A stretch of DNA of 64,000 nucleotides from Meyerozyma guilliermondii. Taxonomy: Eukaryota. Shown here one piece after another: positions 1-10,635 of this stretch (the stretch's first letter is position 1; every line of letters starts with the position of its first letter). The position numbers and the translations under genes were made by a program. Where the stretch lies: positions 806,001 to 870,000 of the forward strand of contig CP128817.1 in NCBI GenBank assembly GCA_051546255.1. Direction: 5' to 3'. Under the pieces are notes generated by a model. It saw nothing but the letters and a program-made list of their open reading frames with translations, was not told where the DNA came from and ran no database searches.

Positions 1-2
1 GA

Positions 3-446
3 GTATCGTTTGTGAACTTTTATGGCCACGTTATCTACGACCGTTTTGTTAGGCCGAGAGAGAAAGTAACCGACTGGAGAACATGGGTCAGTGGTGTTAC
101 GGCGCAACATATGACAGATGCCATAAGCTTTGATGAAGCGCAGAAAGAAGCTTCGAAAATACTCGAAACCCGGATCTTAATCGGCCATGCTGTTCACCAC
201 GATTTGGATTCGTTGTTTCTCTCGCATCCAAGGTTTCAGATACGAGACACGTCCAAATTTGGCCCTTTTCGTGCCATATCAAATGGTCGAACTCCAAGCT
301 TGAAAAAGTTGATAAAACATTTTTTGAAGATGGATATTCAAGACGGATCCCATTCGTCTGTCGAGGATGCCCAGGCAACCATGCTCCTTTACAGGCTACA
401 CAGAGACACTTTCGAAAAGAGCATACGTTCAACTACAGCTAAGTAA
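3..446 (+). CDS. REX4: RNA exonuclease 4 (DEDD 3'-5' exonuclease), 5'-partial
   Basis: Frame is open from the window edge (VSFVNFYGH...). Motifs [20 protein letters not shown] and HSSVEDA are typical of Rex4. It neighbours IRA2, as in S. cerevisiae. Confidence 0.9.
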   Translation, partial: VSFVNFYGHVIYDRFVRPREKVTDWRTWVSGVTAQHMTDAISFDEAQKEASKILETRILIGHAVHHDLDSLFLSHPRFQIRDTSKFGPFRAISNGRTPSLKKLIKHFLKMDIQDGSHSSVEDAQATMLLYRLHRDTFEKSIRSTTAK

Positions 447-491
447 TCATGAGCATTATATATCTATCAATTTTGGCATAATATACATAAC

Positions 492-3400
492 TTAGTCTTC
501 CAATCGTTGTCCTTCGACGTACGAGCAAGCTGCACGATATATCATCTCCTGGATCTTTCGAGCTTGCTCTAAGACCTCGGTTGGAATCAACTCGTCAGGC
601 AGCTCAACCTGTAGCCGCTTAAGCTCGTGGCCATCGATAAAGCGGACTCCTGAATTCATGACAATGGTATTTGAGCGTTTGGCGTAGTCTTCAATGGAGT
701 AGTCTTTTCTTGAAGTCATACTCATAGCTATCTTGGACGCAGAACTCAAAGATTCCACCGAACCATTATTAAGAACTATCGTCTCCAAGGTTCCCTTGAT
801 CAAAGGGTAAATCAATAACAAGAGATTGACGTCGTTCTCAACGAGGTAATCGAAAAGATGCAAAAGACGGGTTCTGAACACATTGTCACACGACTCGGTC
901 TTGAAGAAATGACAGGCGGTAATAATTGTAAGATCAGAATCGCTTGTCCGCTCGGAGAAGTAGTCAAGAATTAATTTGGGAATTGACCCTTCTCTGACCC
1001 GTATCCTGTCGCTAGTTTCCAAGCCAAGCTCGTTCAGTATGGCTTCAAATTGTGGTTCTGAAACGCTGAGGTATAAGAAGAAAAGATACCGCATAATCAA
1101 CAGGGTGGAACCAACTGACTCTTTGATTAAGCGACAGTACTCTCGCATGCAAACAATAGACGTATGTCTCAAGTGAGGAAGCTTCAATCCTTGCGATAAA
1201 ATAGCAAACACATAGGTCTCGTAGTTGAGTTTAGTGACAGTTACCTCTTGTTCTTGCTCAAAAGAACTCAACAAAGGCTCAAGAATAACACGATCAGCAA
1301 ATATTTTTTCCAAATAATCATGACCATACGGTATAAGCTTTTTCCGTATGGTAACAATAGTTTGAACTGCTGGTTGATAAAATGCAGAATAACTCATCAG
1401 CGCAGAACTTAATGATGCCCATATCATAACCGAAGGAAGGTATGATGAAGAAGAAACTCCACTCAAGATGCGTGCTATAGAAGTGGACGTATTGATCAAG
1501 TAGTCCAAGGAGAACACAGCATGCTTACTTATCAACTTGAGTATTCTGGTAGCGGTCGAATCGTTTATACCTTTCTTTGAAACAATTCCAACAAGAAGAA
1601 TGGCTCTGGTTTGAAACGATGAAGCACGCATGAATGCCACATCTATGGCATAAGAACACCATCTTGCGATCCAATTAGTTCTCAGGGCAGGATCACCGAG
1701 AGTTTGAACAAGCTCGCTAAGATAATCACAAAGAACCTCAAAGCTTGAAGCCCTATTAAAGATCTGTCCAATTTCAGAATAGGTTCGATTATGTTCACGA
1801 GCCATGCCGAATAACATACGGGCTCTTTGACTTGTAAAAAACGTCAATGTGTTGGACACAATTTCCATTTCTCGGGGTGTCACATCGGGTTTCTTCAAGA
1901 AAGAGTGTATGGCATTGATAACCAACCGCTGTAAGTCTTCACCCAACTGCAATGTGGGATTGTCAATGAAGAGGGTGCAGAAGAAGATAACGTCTGCCAA
2001 GTACATTTCTGCAAGCACGTAAGAATTGAAGAAGAGTGAGCCACAGATCTTAACAAGAACCTTGATCTCAAACACTTTACTCAGCGAAGCTATTTCGGAG
2101 TCTGAGCTTCTTGTTTTGGCAATGCAGGATAACAATCTTGAGATGACTTCTCCACAAATTTCCACTGAGGGGGATATGGCGCCAATTATAAACGACCAGT
2201 TTGGACCATCGTTCTTGTTGTTGATAGCAAAAGCAACAACTTCGTCTAAAAGAATGTTCAAAATCCGAGTCTCTAAACAAAGTTTTTTCCACACATAATC
2301 ATTATAGCAAGCGATATTATCTTTATCCATTGCCGAGATTCGGCAGAGATTACGAACAATATCAGCCACTCTCGCTGGCCCCGTGTCGACACTTTCGAGA
2401 AAAATGTAGTCTGTGATGTTGTCGATCCAGGGCGAAATATACATCACTGCACTCAATCTGTTCTCCTCTGGAAGCTTTTCATAGTAGTCAAAGAAAGCCT
2501 TGAAAAACTTGTATGAGAGAGTTGGCTCTGTCTTTGCCAAATAAGCGGAGGTCGAGACAATGAAATCGGTGGTATCAGACGGAAACGCAATTTCCTTGGC
2601 ATGATCTCCAGGCATGCGATAGTCTAGATCATAAAAGGTGGACAACGAAGCAAACAACAAGGAGGCAGATTGCCGGACTTCGGTAACTGGCGAGAGTAGT
2701 CCGTGAAACACAATATTGTGCAATCGACCAAACCAGTGAAGATTCGAGTCTGCAGAATCAGATTCTGTATCCTCCGAGTAGTTGATTTGCTTCGGCAACC
2801 TGGAGGTCGCAAAGTAGATGAAACGTAAAATTTCCAGCCTTTCCAGTGAGACGAACGTTTGCTGACTGCCATCATTGATATAAAAGGTAAACTCATTGGC
2901 CTCTCCACTAAAACGTGAGATTTCACATTTCACAAGATTGGAAAGTCTCACCACATCAAGAGGAGTATACCCTTCAGTGGCACTGTATTTCCCTGCAAAA
3001 GGCTTTATCTTGTCCTCAACAATCTGTAGCCATTGTCGACCAAGCTTCAAGGTCACTGGGGTAAAAGTCTTTGTTTCTGCATCATAAGCTTTGACCTTCT
3101 TGAACGACACACGAGTGTCTCTGGAAATGCCGACAGTCAGGTCACGAAGGCACAAATTATTGACAATTTCTAAAGGGCTTGATTGTGAGTATGTGTAAAC
3201 CTTGGTTGGGGTTTCGGCATCTTCAATTCGGTGCTTTCTGACAAGTGACAAAATATCGCCTATTCTTCTTCGAGGTATGTTAAAATAAAAGACCTTGGAG
3301 CAGTTTTGCATAAGCTGAGGAGGAGCATAGGTCTTCAACAAGAAAACGTATGATTTTGCCAATCCCAGCATCGGTGAGTACTCACTGAAATCAAAAACCA

Positions 3401-6400
3401 AATAATATTTTGAATCCCAAACGTGACTCGAAGTTTCGAACAATTTGTAGATCAAGAACCGGATGTCATAGTCAACTGTCTTGAGCTGTGAAAGGTTGAC
3501 CACCACTGCAGGAGTTCCATCATGAAATATCGAGTCATGGACTATTGGTGTGTCCAAAACTACACCTGAATAGTTGATAGACATTTGTCCCATGAATTCG
3601 TTGAACTCGTTATTTTGAACATTGTTGGGATCCAACACCTTGAAAGGGGTACTGGTGTGTTTCAAGGAAATGAGCAGCTTTGGCTGGCCAAGACTTTGAA
3701 GGACACTGTCAAATACTAGAAAGTTTTGCACTTTGATGTGCAAATTTTCATCAGGAAGCTCAACGTCTTTAATGACATAACGAACCTTGATATCAACAAA
3801 GTAAACGTAGAAAAATTTGTGCAAGTAGCGAAGTTCTGTCAATGGCTTTTTGGTGGTCTCCATTTCAAATGGATACTCGTCAAAATGTGTTCCCGACACT
3901 TTTCTTAAGAAATCTTGAATCTGGTTGTTCAAGATTTCTAATTCGTTCTGGCGGTTTGCTAAACCTTGCCATTTTCCGAGCGAACCATTCGCCATGTTTT
4001 GTATAACCTTAACGAGCTGCATCAAACTTCTTTTGATTTTAGGGTTGTTGACTTCCATTTCGAAAAATGTTTCAGGACTGATAATCGCCGGGCAGAAGAA
4101 CCGCAAAAAGATAAACGACCCCACTGCCACGAGAGCAGATTCTTCAAAGCGAGATTTGACAGATTGGTAGATCGCAGAACATATGAAGAAAAATGATTTG
4201 GGAGCTCTGTCAATCGAATTGACGATGGTGTCGACTAATTTTGTGAAATACGTGACAAATACCTCACAATCTTCGTCGTTGTACTCATTTCGCTCGATTT
4301 CAAAGCTGACATCGTTCTCAATTATCTCAGTAAGAAATGGCTTCAATGTGGATTCAAGGTATTCAAAGCCATTTTCCTTGGTGAAGTTCAAGAGGAACTT
4401 TGTCAAAGTGCTGTTTCTTCGAAAGATATCCGATGATCGCGATACATGTTTTATCTCCTCGTCTAGTAGCACCTGGAAAAGTTTATCCAATTTTTTCGTG
4501 TATCCAAATACGCCAAAGAAAGACGACGCAAGCATGTTGTGTTCAGTTGAGGATGCCACTTGTGCAATAGCGCCAGCCAAGGGATATAGTTCACCGATCT
4601 GCTCAATCACTTCTTCTGGGAACTCTTCTTTAGAGTTTTGTATTTTGCGTGTGGTCAAAATGTGAGAGAAAACCTCAAGAAAGATAGCTCTGATTTTAGT
4701 GTTCTCATGAAAGCCAAGAGGCAAGACAAATTGCATTCCAATATCGGTGTCGTATTGCAAAATGTTGGAAATGCACTTGAGAACATTATCAATAACCTGT
4801 TGAACTTTGTACTTGAAGTTGTGGGAGCCGGTGCCGGTATACTTTTGAAGTATCTTGTAGAATAAGGCAAAGTAAGTTGCAAAAGCTAAATCTTTGTGCT
4901 TGCTGATGTCTTCGTCCTTTGTCCCGTCTGGAACATCAAGAATGAGTTTATCTAATTGCAAGGATAAGCACTTTGAGCATTCAACGGCAAGATCAGTCAT
5001 CATGTAAACCGTTTCCGAATCCATTCCGATCACCTCAGTATCTCTTGTTTCATCGAAAAACACAGCTTGTTCCAACCAATCACAAGAATTTTTTGCATAG
5101 AAGTTACGAAGCTTGAAAGCACCTCTGTTACCAATTCTGTCATTGGAGACTTCTATTGCAGTACAGAGTTTGCAAAATCTCAACTTCAACCTTAATCTGT
5201 CGTTGATGTTCCCGCAGAGGTTGATAAAGTCAACCATAAGCTCACAAATATTAGGTAACATTGCAACGACGACAAATGCACCGTCGTTCTTGATGCCGAC
5301 CATAGAGGTGATGATCACCACAGCTTGCTCCATGAACATTATACTCTTTTCGTTGATGTATTTTGTATCGGCGTACTCCAAACAAAGATCCATAATCTTC
5401 TTGCAAATGAGAAAGTAGCTTGCGGAGTGCGATTCATTGGATAAGGTATCTTTTATAACAACTCTCGTCACCAAATCTTGCGAGCTCAAAAGACTAATGC
5501 ACCGGTCGATAAACTCATTTACAAGCTCTTGTGGACTTCCATACTGGCTATCTTCCACGGTGAAATCTTCTTGGTAAAAGCACCCACACGTTGAAGATAG
5601 AAATCCAGTAATATGGCGGAAAATGGCGTTGTCCTCATTAGTGTTGGATTTCGACTCTATCATAGACTTCCAACGATCAAAGATATTGACCCAAGCCAAG
5701 AACAAAGCTCGCGTTGGTTTAGCATTTCTCAAGATATTTCGAAATCTTTTATGCAACGAAACGAAACCCGTGAATACTGAGTCATCGTCAACAAGTTCCT
5801 TGAAGGTTGATATGGAGCTTTCTGCGAGACAAGCAGGGTAATGATGGACATTTTCTCGCTCTCCAATGTACCAGCCTAAAAGGCTTTTAGCAATGTTATA
5901 GTACTGAATGTCGTGAGCGCAAAGGGCAAGAAAAATCACGTTTTCAAATGCATGAGCTGCAACCGAGCAAACAAGATGCGCAGATGGTTCGTAAACGGAG
6001 GTGTTCGTGGGAATAATTTCACTCAATGTTGTACGAGCACGCAAGAAACGGTCCAAGAACAAGAAGCATTGCTTGAAACTGGCGTCTGTTAAGCTGAACG
6101 ACAACAAGGCATCGCAAACACCCAGGAAAATGGAAAAAACCGTCAAATAATTCACATAGGAGTTGACTGGAGTTTGAGGTCTATTGATACGATTCTGGGA
6201 ATCAAAGATGGTCATGGCAAGCGCACAGGCTGCGTCAAACATCTTTGTGCTGTGTGCGCTTCTGAACACCATCGCAAACTTGATAGGGCTGGTAGATTCG
6301 TCCACAAACCTGCGACTATAAGCAAGGAACAGCTCGTCCATATCTTCAACTTTGGACAAAGAATTGAGATGGCTATCCTTGAAGTACAAATGGGGAGCCG

Positions 6401-8279
6401 AAGCAAAGACAGTGTATAGATCAGCGAGCACTTCTTCTGTCACGGCTAGCAACTTTTGTTTGCTGGAAGTCTTGCTGTCGGATGAGAAAGTAGACAATAC
6501 CGGATGAAGCGATGGTGAAGAGCTGTTCTTGACTGAATCCTCCAACGATCGCGAAAGTGAATGGATCAGCAATGCGGGACTATCGGTGCCTGAAGTAGTC
6601 GCTTGACGTTTGGTGGTTGCTTGCTTGAACAGTAAATCGCTTGACTTGGAAGATGAATCACTAAGAGATTTGGTCTGCTTAAGAATTTCCGTGGCTGTGA
6701 ATATCATTCCTTTCAAAGGCGAAGCGAGACGGTTCATGAGACCATTGAATATTTCTTCTGTTGTGTCATACGCCGATAAGCCCTTCACCACCTTGACAAG
6801 AATTCGAACATCTTTTATGCTTTCGTTGGTTTCATGGTATCTTTTCACGAGTAGCTCGATGTATTTCAGCGGGTCGATTAAGATTGCTGAGATGAAGAAA
6901 CTCACAATCAACATATCGAGCTGGATTTCTCGTGCCTCTTCACCGGATTTCATTTTGTCTGCAAACTTCTGCAAGTTTACATGAACAAGTTCCAAGTTGA
7001 CTGAGCTGAACTTGTATATCGGGTGGTCTGGGTACTCTTTGAGTCTCGCTCCCAACTGGAAGATATTGATGGCCGACTGGAAACTTTCAATATTGGAAGC
7101 ATTGCCAATATCCTTGAGTATTCCCGATAAAAACTTGAGTCTCTTGTTGAAGGAAACCTTCAATTTGTTGAGTCTCGAGGTGGCCTCAAGTTCTATAAAA
7201 TCGCTCAAGCATAGCACGGATAGCCAGCTCTTTGCCGTAGCTGCAACCCCGGAATATGAGACCTCGTCAAACACACTGCAAACAAAATCGAACAAGTTTT
7301 TAGCCACTGGTTCCCAGCTCGAGCCCGGCTGAACTATCGCCAAGTAGTCTTCCGGTCGCGAAAAACTCTGGTCTTGAATACTCGAAGCGTAGAATACAAT
7401 GAAGACTTGTCTCCAAGTATTAGACTTGATGTATGGTAATGCTGTGTAGACGAGGGAAGCCCAGGTGACATCGGGGCCCTTTCTATGGAACAAAAACTTG
7501 AGCAAAGGGCTATATCGTTGAAGAGAGTTGATGGGTATGAGTTCACCATTTTTGACAAACCGAAGCAACTTTTTTCGAATGTACAACGAATAGTCCTCTG
7601 GGTTGGATGCTGCTATGTATTTGAGGGCCAGTTCGATGTAGGCATCGATATGACAAATGCAGGCATGGATGTCTTCGTCGGTGAAATTATTGTCAGTGAA
7701 ACGTAGTTCGGGAACTTCTGGGTCTGCCAACGAGGAGATGGCACTAGCTCGAATGTCGCTGGAGCCTCGGACGAGGGCTGACACCGTTTTCACGAGCCGT
7801 GAGGAAAGGAGACAGGTTAAGGTCTCGAGGATGTACTCCACATAATGAGGATTTAATGGTGGAGGAGGGACGTAGTGTGAGTATAGTTTGTTTCTGGTAA
7901 TCTGTTTTTCATCGAGAACTGTTAGGTAAGGTGTGGGGTTTATGGAAGCGGTTCCAAATTCCCAGTTGGAAAAGATCACTTCTGAAAGGGTGCGAAGAAC
8001 AATCAACGTCGACGCCAACGACTTGCCATCACGGTCTCGAAGACGACTGTAATCGGCTTCCTCGTTAATGCTGTTGAGAATGTAGCAAAGCCTCTCAAAA
8101 ATGTTTTCTATAAAGATGACTTTGGAGTTCTCATCTTTTGTATTTTGGAGCAAAAGGTGTTTTGTGATGAGAAACTGTTGATTGAATTCGACCTCGGCGA
8201 CAGAGTACCCCGTTCTGTTGGGTAGCACCGAAGCCAACCGCTTCGCTATGGCGCCCACAAGTTCTTTTTCGAACGCCAT
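492..8279 (-). CDS. IRA2: Neurofibromin-like Ras GTPase-activating protein
   Basis: 2595-aa ORF with RasGAP motifs (IFRRNS arginine finger, FLRFFCPAI) followed by a Sec14/PH-like region as in Ira1/Ira2/NF1. Confidence 0.92.
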   Translation of the reverse strand: MAFEKELVGAIAKRLASVLPNRTGYSVAEVEFNQQFLITKHLLLQNTKDENSKVIFIENIFERLCYILNSINEEADYSRLRDRDGKSLASTLIVLRTLSEVIFSNWEFGTASINPTPYLTVLDEKQITRNKLYSHYVPPPPLNPHYVEYILETLTCLLSSRLVKTVSALVRGSSDIRASAISSLADPEVPELRFTDNNFTDEDIHACICHIDAYIELALKYIAASNPEDYSLYIRKKLLRFVKNGELIPINSLQRYSPLLKFLFHRKGPDVTWASLVYTALPYIKSNTWRQVFIVFYASSIQDQSFSRPEDYLAIVQPGSSWEPVAKNLFDFVCSVFDEVSYSGVAATAKSWLSVLCLSDFIELEATSRLNKLKVSFNKRLKFLSGILKDIGNASNIESFQSAINIFQLGARLKEYPDHPIYKFSSVNLELVHVNLQKFADKMKSGEEAREIQLDMLIVSFFISAILIDPLKYIELLVKRYHETNESIKDVRILVKVVKGLSAYDTTEEIFNGLMNRLASPLKGMIFTATEILKQTKSLSDSSSKSSDLLFKQATTKRQATTSGTDSPALLIHSLSRSLEDSVKNSSSPSLHPVLSTFSSDSKTSSKQKLLAVTEEVLADLYTVFASAPHLYFKDSHLNSLSKVEDMDELFLAYSRRFVDESTSPIKFAMVFRSAHSTKMFDAACALAMTIFDSQNRINRPQTPVNSYVNYLTVFSIFLGVCDALLSFSLTDASFKQCFLFLDRFLRARTTLSEIIPTNTSVYEPSAHLVCSVAAHAFENVIFLALCAHDIQYYNIAKSLLGWYIGERENVHHYPACLAESSISTFKELVDDDSVFTGFVSLHKRFRNILRNAKPTRALFLAWVNIFDRWKSMIESKSNTNEDNAIFRHITGFLSSTCGCFYQEDFTVEDSQYGSPQELVNEFIDRCISLLSSQDLVTRVVIKDTLSNESHSASYFLICKKIMDLCLEYADTKYINEKSIMFMEQAVVIITSMVGIKNDGAFVVVAMLPNICELMVDFINLCGNINDRLRLKLRFCKLCTAIEVSNDRIGNRGAFKLRNFYAKNSCDWLEQAVFFDETRDTEVIGMDSETVYMMTDLAVECSKCLSLQLDKLILDVPDGTKDEDISKHKDLAFATYFALFYKILQKYTGTGSHNFKYKVQQVIDNVLKCISNILQYDTDIGMQFVLPLGFHENTKIRAIFLEVFSHILTTRKIQNSKEEFPEEVIEQIGELYPLAGAIAQVASSTEHNMLASSFFGVFGYTKKLDKLFQVLLDEEIKHVSRSSDIFRRNSTLTKFLLNFTKENGFEYLESTLKPFLTEIIENDVSFEIERNEYNDEDCEVFVTYFTKLVDTIVNSIDRAPKSFFFICSAIYQSVKSRFEESALVAVGSFIFLRFFCPAIISPETFFEMEVNNPKIKRSLMQLVKVIQNMANGSLGKWQGLANRQNELEILNNQIQDFLRKVSGTHFDEYPFEMETTKKPLTELRYLHKFFYVYFVDIKVRYVIKDVELPDENLHIKVQNFLVFDSVLQSLGQPKLLISLKHTSTPFKVLDPNNVQNNEFNEFMGQMSINYSGVVLDTPIVHDSIFHDGTPAVVVNLSQLKTVDYDIRFLIYKLFETSSHVWDSKYYLVFDFSEYSPMLGLAKSYVFLLKTYAPPQLMQNCSKVFYFNIPRRRIGDILSLVRKHRIEDAETPTKVYTYSQSSPLEIVNNLCLRDLTVGISRDTRVSFKKVKAYDAETKTFTPVTLKLGRQWLQIVEDKIKPFAGKYSATEGYTPLDVVRLSNLVKCEISRFSGEANEFTFYINDGSQQTFVSLERLEILRFIYFATSRLPKQINYSEDTESDSADSNLHWFGRLHNIVFHGLLSPVTEVRQSASLLFASLSTFYDLDYRMPGDHAKEIAFPSDTTDFIVSTSAYLAKTEPTLSYKFFKAFFDYYEKLPEENRLSAVMYISPWIDNITDYIFLESVDTGPARVADIVRNLCRISAMDKDNIACYNDYVWKKLCLETRILNILLDEVVAFAINNKNDGPNWSFIIGAISPSVEICGEVISRLLSCIAKTRSSDSEIASLSKVFEIKVLVKICGSLFFNSYVLAEMYLADVIFFCTLFIDNPTLQLGEDLQRLVINAIHSFLKKPDVTPREMEIVSNTLTFFTSQRARMLFGMAREHNRTYSEIGQIFNRASSFEVLCDYLSELVQTLGDPALRTNWIARWCSYAIDVAFMRASSFQTRAILLVGIVSKKGINDSTATRILKLISKHAVFSLDYLINTSTSIARILSGVSSSSYLPSVMIWASLSSALMSYSAFYQPAVQTIVTIRKKLIPYGHDYLEKIFADRVILEPLLSSFEQEQEVTVTKLNYETYVFAILSQGLKLPHLRHTSIVCMREYCRLIKESVGSTLLIMRYLFFLYLSVSEPQFEAILNELGLETSDRIRVREGSIPKLILDYFSERTSDSDLTIITACHFFKTESCDNVFRTRLLHLFDYLVENDVNLLLLIYPLIKGTLETIVLNNGSVESLSSASKIAMSMTSRKDYSIEDYAKRSNTIVMNSGVRFIDGHELKRLQVELPDELIPTEVLEQARKIQEMIYRAACSYVEGQRLED

Positions 8280-8912
8280 AGTTGAGTATGAAAGTTGTGG
8301 TTTTTATTGGAGTTGTGAAACTATCCCAAGGGTATAATATGATAGCCACGAACCACGTCGTTGTCAAAAACAGCTTCCGGTCGCTGCTTCACTCGTAGGT
8401 GAAATTAAATACAAAGTAGTATTGGGCTATACAGTAAAATATGCATTTACCTTTCAGGGCAAAGATGTCGTTGCTTATGTAAGCGCAGTGCGGCGTTCAA
8501 CGGCATGGCTGCGACAAAGACGAGGTAGTACTGAAAGGAGGTGAGAAGAAGGTGAAGGTAGTACTGAAAAAAAGGTAAAAAGAAGTTTGAAAGAAGTAAG
8601 AGAGCTGTAGAAGGGTAACTTTTGTTTTCTATTCTTCATATTTGCAAAATTAAATTTTTCATTTCTACAGAAATCCATTTTGCAAAATAATAGAATTTAG
8701 CAAAAAAAGAGAAAGATCTTGAACATAAATGCTTAAATACAACGGTCTACCCTTTTGTGTTTAGGGCCGACCTTTATTACTGTTTCAGGCTGATGCTTCC
8801 GATGCTTCCTTAGCCGTACCTCTTCGGCTCATCGTCGGGCCCGAGCTTTCCTGCAGACAGACGGCCAATAGAAACCTGCGCGCAATTCGTCCGAATCTTC
8901 ATAAACTATAGA

Positions 8913-9113
8913 ATGGGTGCCGCTTATCAGATTTTGGGTAAATCCGTGCCTTCTCACTACTTGTCGTTGGCCACGTTGGGTGCTGTTGTGCTCACGGTTG
9001 CCCCCAAGCCATGGGGACCAGCTGCACCCGCGCATCCGCAGATTTCTGCCAGTTCACCGGAGGAGGAAAAGTACGTCAAAGAGTGGTTGGCCAAACATGC
9101 CGAGAAGCATTAG
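8913..9113 (+). CDS. ATP19: Mitochondrial ATP synthase subunit k
   Basis: 66 aa, MGAAYQILGK...HYLSLATLG...ASSPEEEKYVKEWL, typical of Atp19. Adjacent to BRX1, as in S. cerevisiae. Confidence 0.9.
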   Translation: MGAAYQILGKSVPSHYLSLATLGAVVLTVAPKPWGPAAPAHPQISASSPEEEKYVKEWLAKHAEKH

Positions 9114-9410
9114 ATAGATAATGTATTTATACGCGAAGTGGTGTAGAGTGAAAGAAAGGAAAAGTGTGAAAATTTAGAAGAAGTGAAGAAGCGAAGAAGT
9201 GAAGAGTGAAGAGTGAAAAATTAGCTCCAAATTGTTTTCATTATTAAAGTGGAATTGACCAACTTGAAGTCTAATATTTGCATTTTTGAATGTATTGGAC
9301 TCTAATTCTCTTGAAATCTTGATCTCTTCTCGATATTCTTCTTGTTCTATCGTCCATGATCTCTCTCTTCTCTGGTGCTGTTTTTTTCCTGCACACCGCC
9401 ACTCATAAGT

Positions 9411-9418
9411 CTCATCGC
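9411..9418. promoter_or_regulatory. PAC element (CTCATCGC) upstream of BRX1; RRPE-like TGAAAA(A)TT motifs further upstream (~9167, ~9214)
   Basis: Exact PAC consensus just upstream of the 9437 ATG of a ribosome-biogenesis gene. Confidence 0.6.
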
Positions 9419-9436
9419 ATCGCTTTTTCTCTTCTC

Positions 9437-10288
9437 ATGTCTGCCATCTACAAAGCTTTGCAGTCGAAAACGACCAAGGAAACTTCAGAAAAGACCAAGC
9501 ACATCAACAGACAGCGTGTGTTGGTGATCTCGTCGCGTGGTGTCACTTACCGCCACAGACACTTGATCAACGATCTTTTGAGCTTACTTCCCCATGCCAG
9601 AAAAGAGCCCAAGTTCGACTCCAAGAAGAACTTGTACCAGTTGAACGAAGTTGCCGAGCTCTACAACTGTAACAATGTGTTCTTTTTCGAGTGCCGAAAG
9701 CACCAGGACTTGTACCTTTGGGTATCCAAACCTCCTAATGGACCCACCATGAAATTTCACATCCAAAATATGCACACATTAGACGAACTCAATTTCACGG
9801 GAAACTGTCTTAAAGGATCACGTCCGGTGTTGAGTTTCGACAAGTCGTTCCAGGACCACGAACATTATAGTCTCATGAAGGAACTTTTCATCCATTCGTT
9901 CGGAGTACCTCCTCATGCGCGCAAATCCAAACCGTTTATCGACCATGTTATGTCATTCTCTATTGTCGACAACAAGGTATGGATACGGAACTACCAGATC
10001 ACCGAGACCGCCAGCGACAACGAAGAAGAAAAGGAGATGTCACTTGTGGAAATTGGACCCCGTATGGTATTAACGTTGATCACAATTCTCGAGGGCTCGT
10101 TCGGCGGTCCTAAAATCTACGAAAACAAGGAATATGTCAGCCCCAACTTTGTGCGGGCGCAGCTCAAGCAGCAAGCAGCCACCCAGGCGCGGGCGCGAGC
10201 TGAGGCTGCCAAAGAACGCAAGGTGAAGCGCCGAAACCAGGTGTTGCAAAAGGACCCATTGTCCAACGACAGTTTGTTCAAGAGCTAA
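9437..10288 (+). CDS. BRX1: Ribosome biogenesis protein Brx1 (Brix domain)
   Basis: MSAIYKAL start; RGVTYRHRHLINDL, ELYNCNN, EIGPRMVL. Start placed at the second ATG by family resemblance and PAC position. Confidence 0.95.
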   Translation: MSAIYKALQSKTTKETSEKTKHINRQRVLVISSRGVTYRHRHLINDLLSLLPHARKEPKFDSKKNLYQLNEVAELYNCNNVFFFECRKHQDLYLWVSKPPNGPTMKFHIQNMHTLDELNFTGNCLKGSRPVLSFDKSFQDHEHYSLMKELFIHSFGVPPHARKSKPFIDHVMSFSIVDNKVWIRNYQITETASDNEEEKEMSLVEIGPRMVLTLITILEGSFGGPKIYENKEYVSPNFVRAQLKQQAATQARARAEAAKERKVKRRNQVLQKDPLSNDSLFKS

Positions 10289-10635
10289 TGTAGGAGAACA
10301 GGAAGTGATCATAGAATTGACATTAACTGCGGTTATTTCGTGTAGGTTAATTTGCAAGTTATATTTGGTGGTATATTTGGGTTATATTTGTCTGCTCAGC
10401 CTACCTCATCGTCCTGCCGATAAGATGCGAGGGGAAAATTGACAGAATAACGTTGGATCTTTATAAGGTTTGATCTCTATAAATACTCTTGTTTTCCCAC
10501 AATTTTTTTCGACTCCTATTAGTTCCCAGAATACAGCGCTACGCTTTTCCATCACATTGCTCAATTATCCTCCAAGTGAGATTCCTCAAACCATAATTTT
10601 CTGATTCCCACGCGCACATCGGTGCCTTGTTGTTC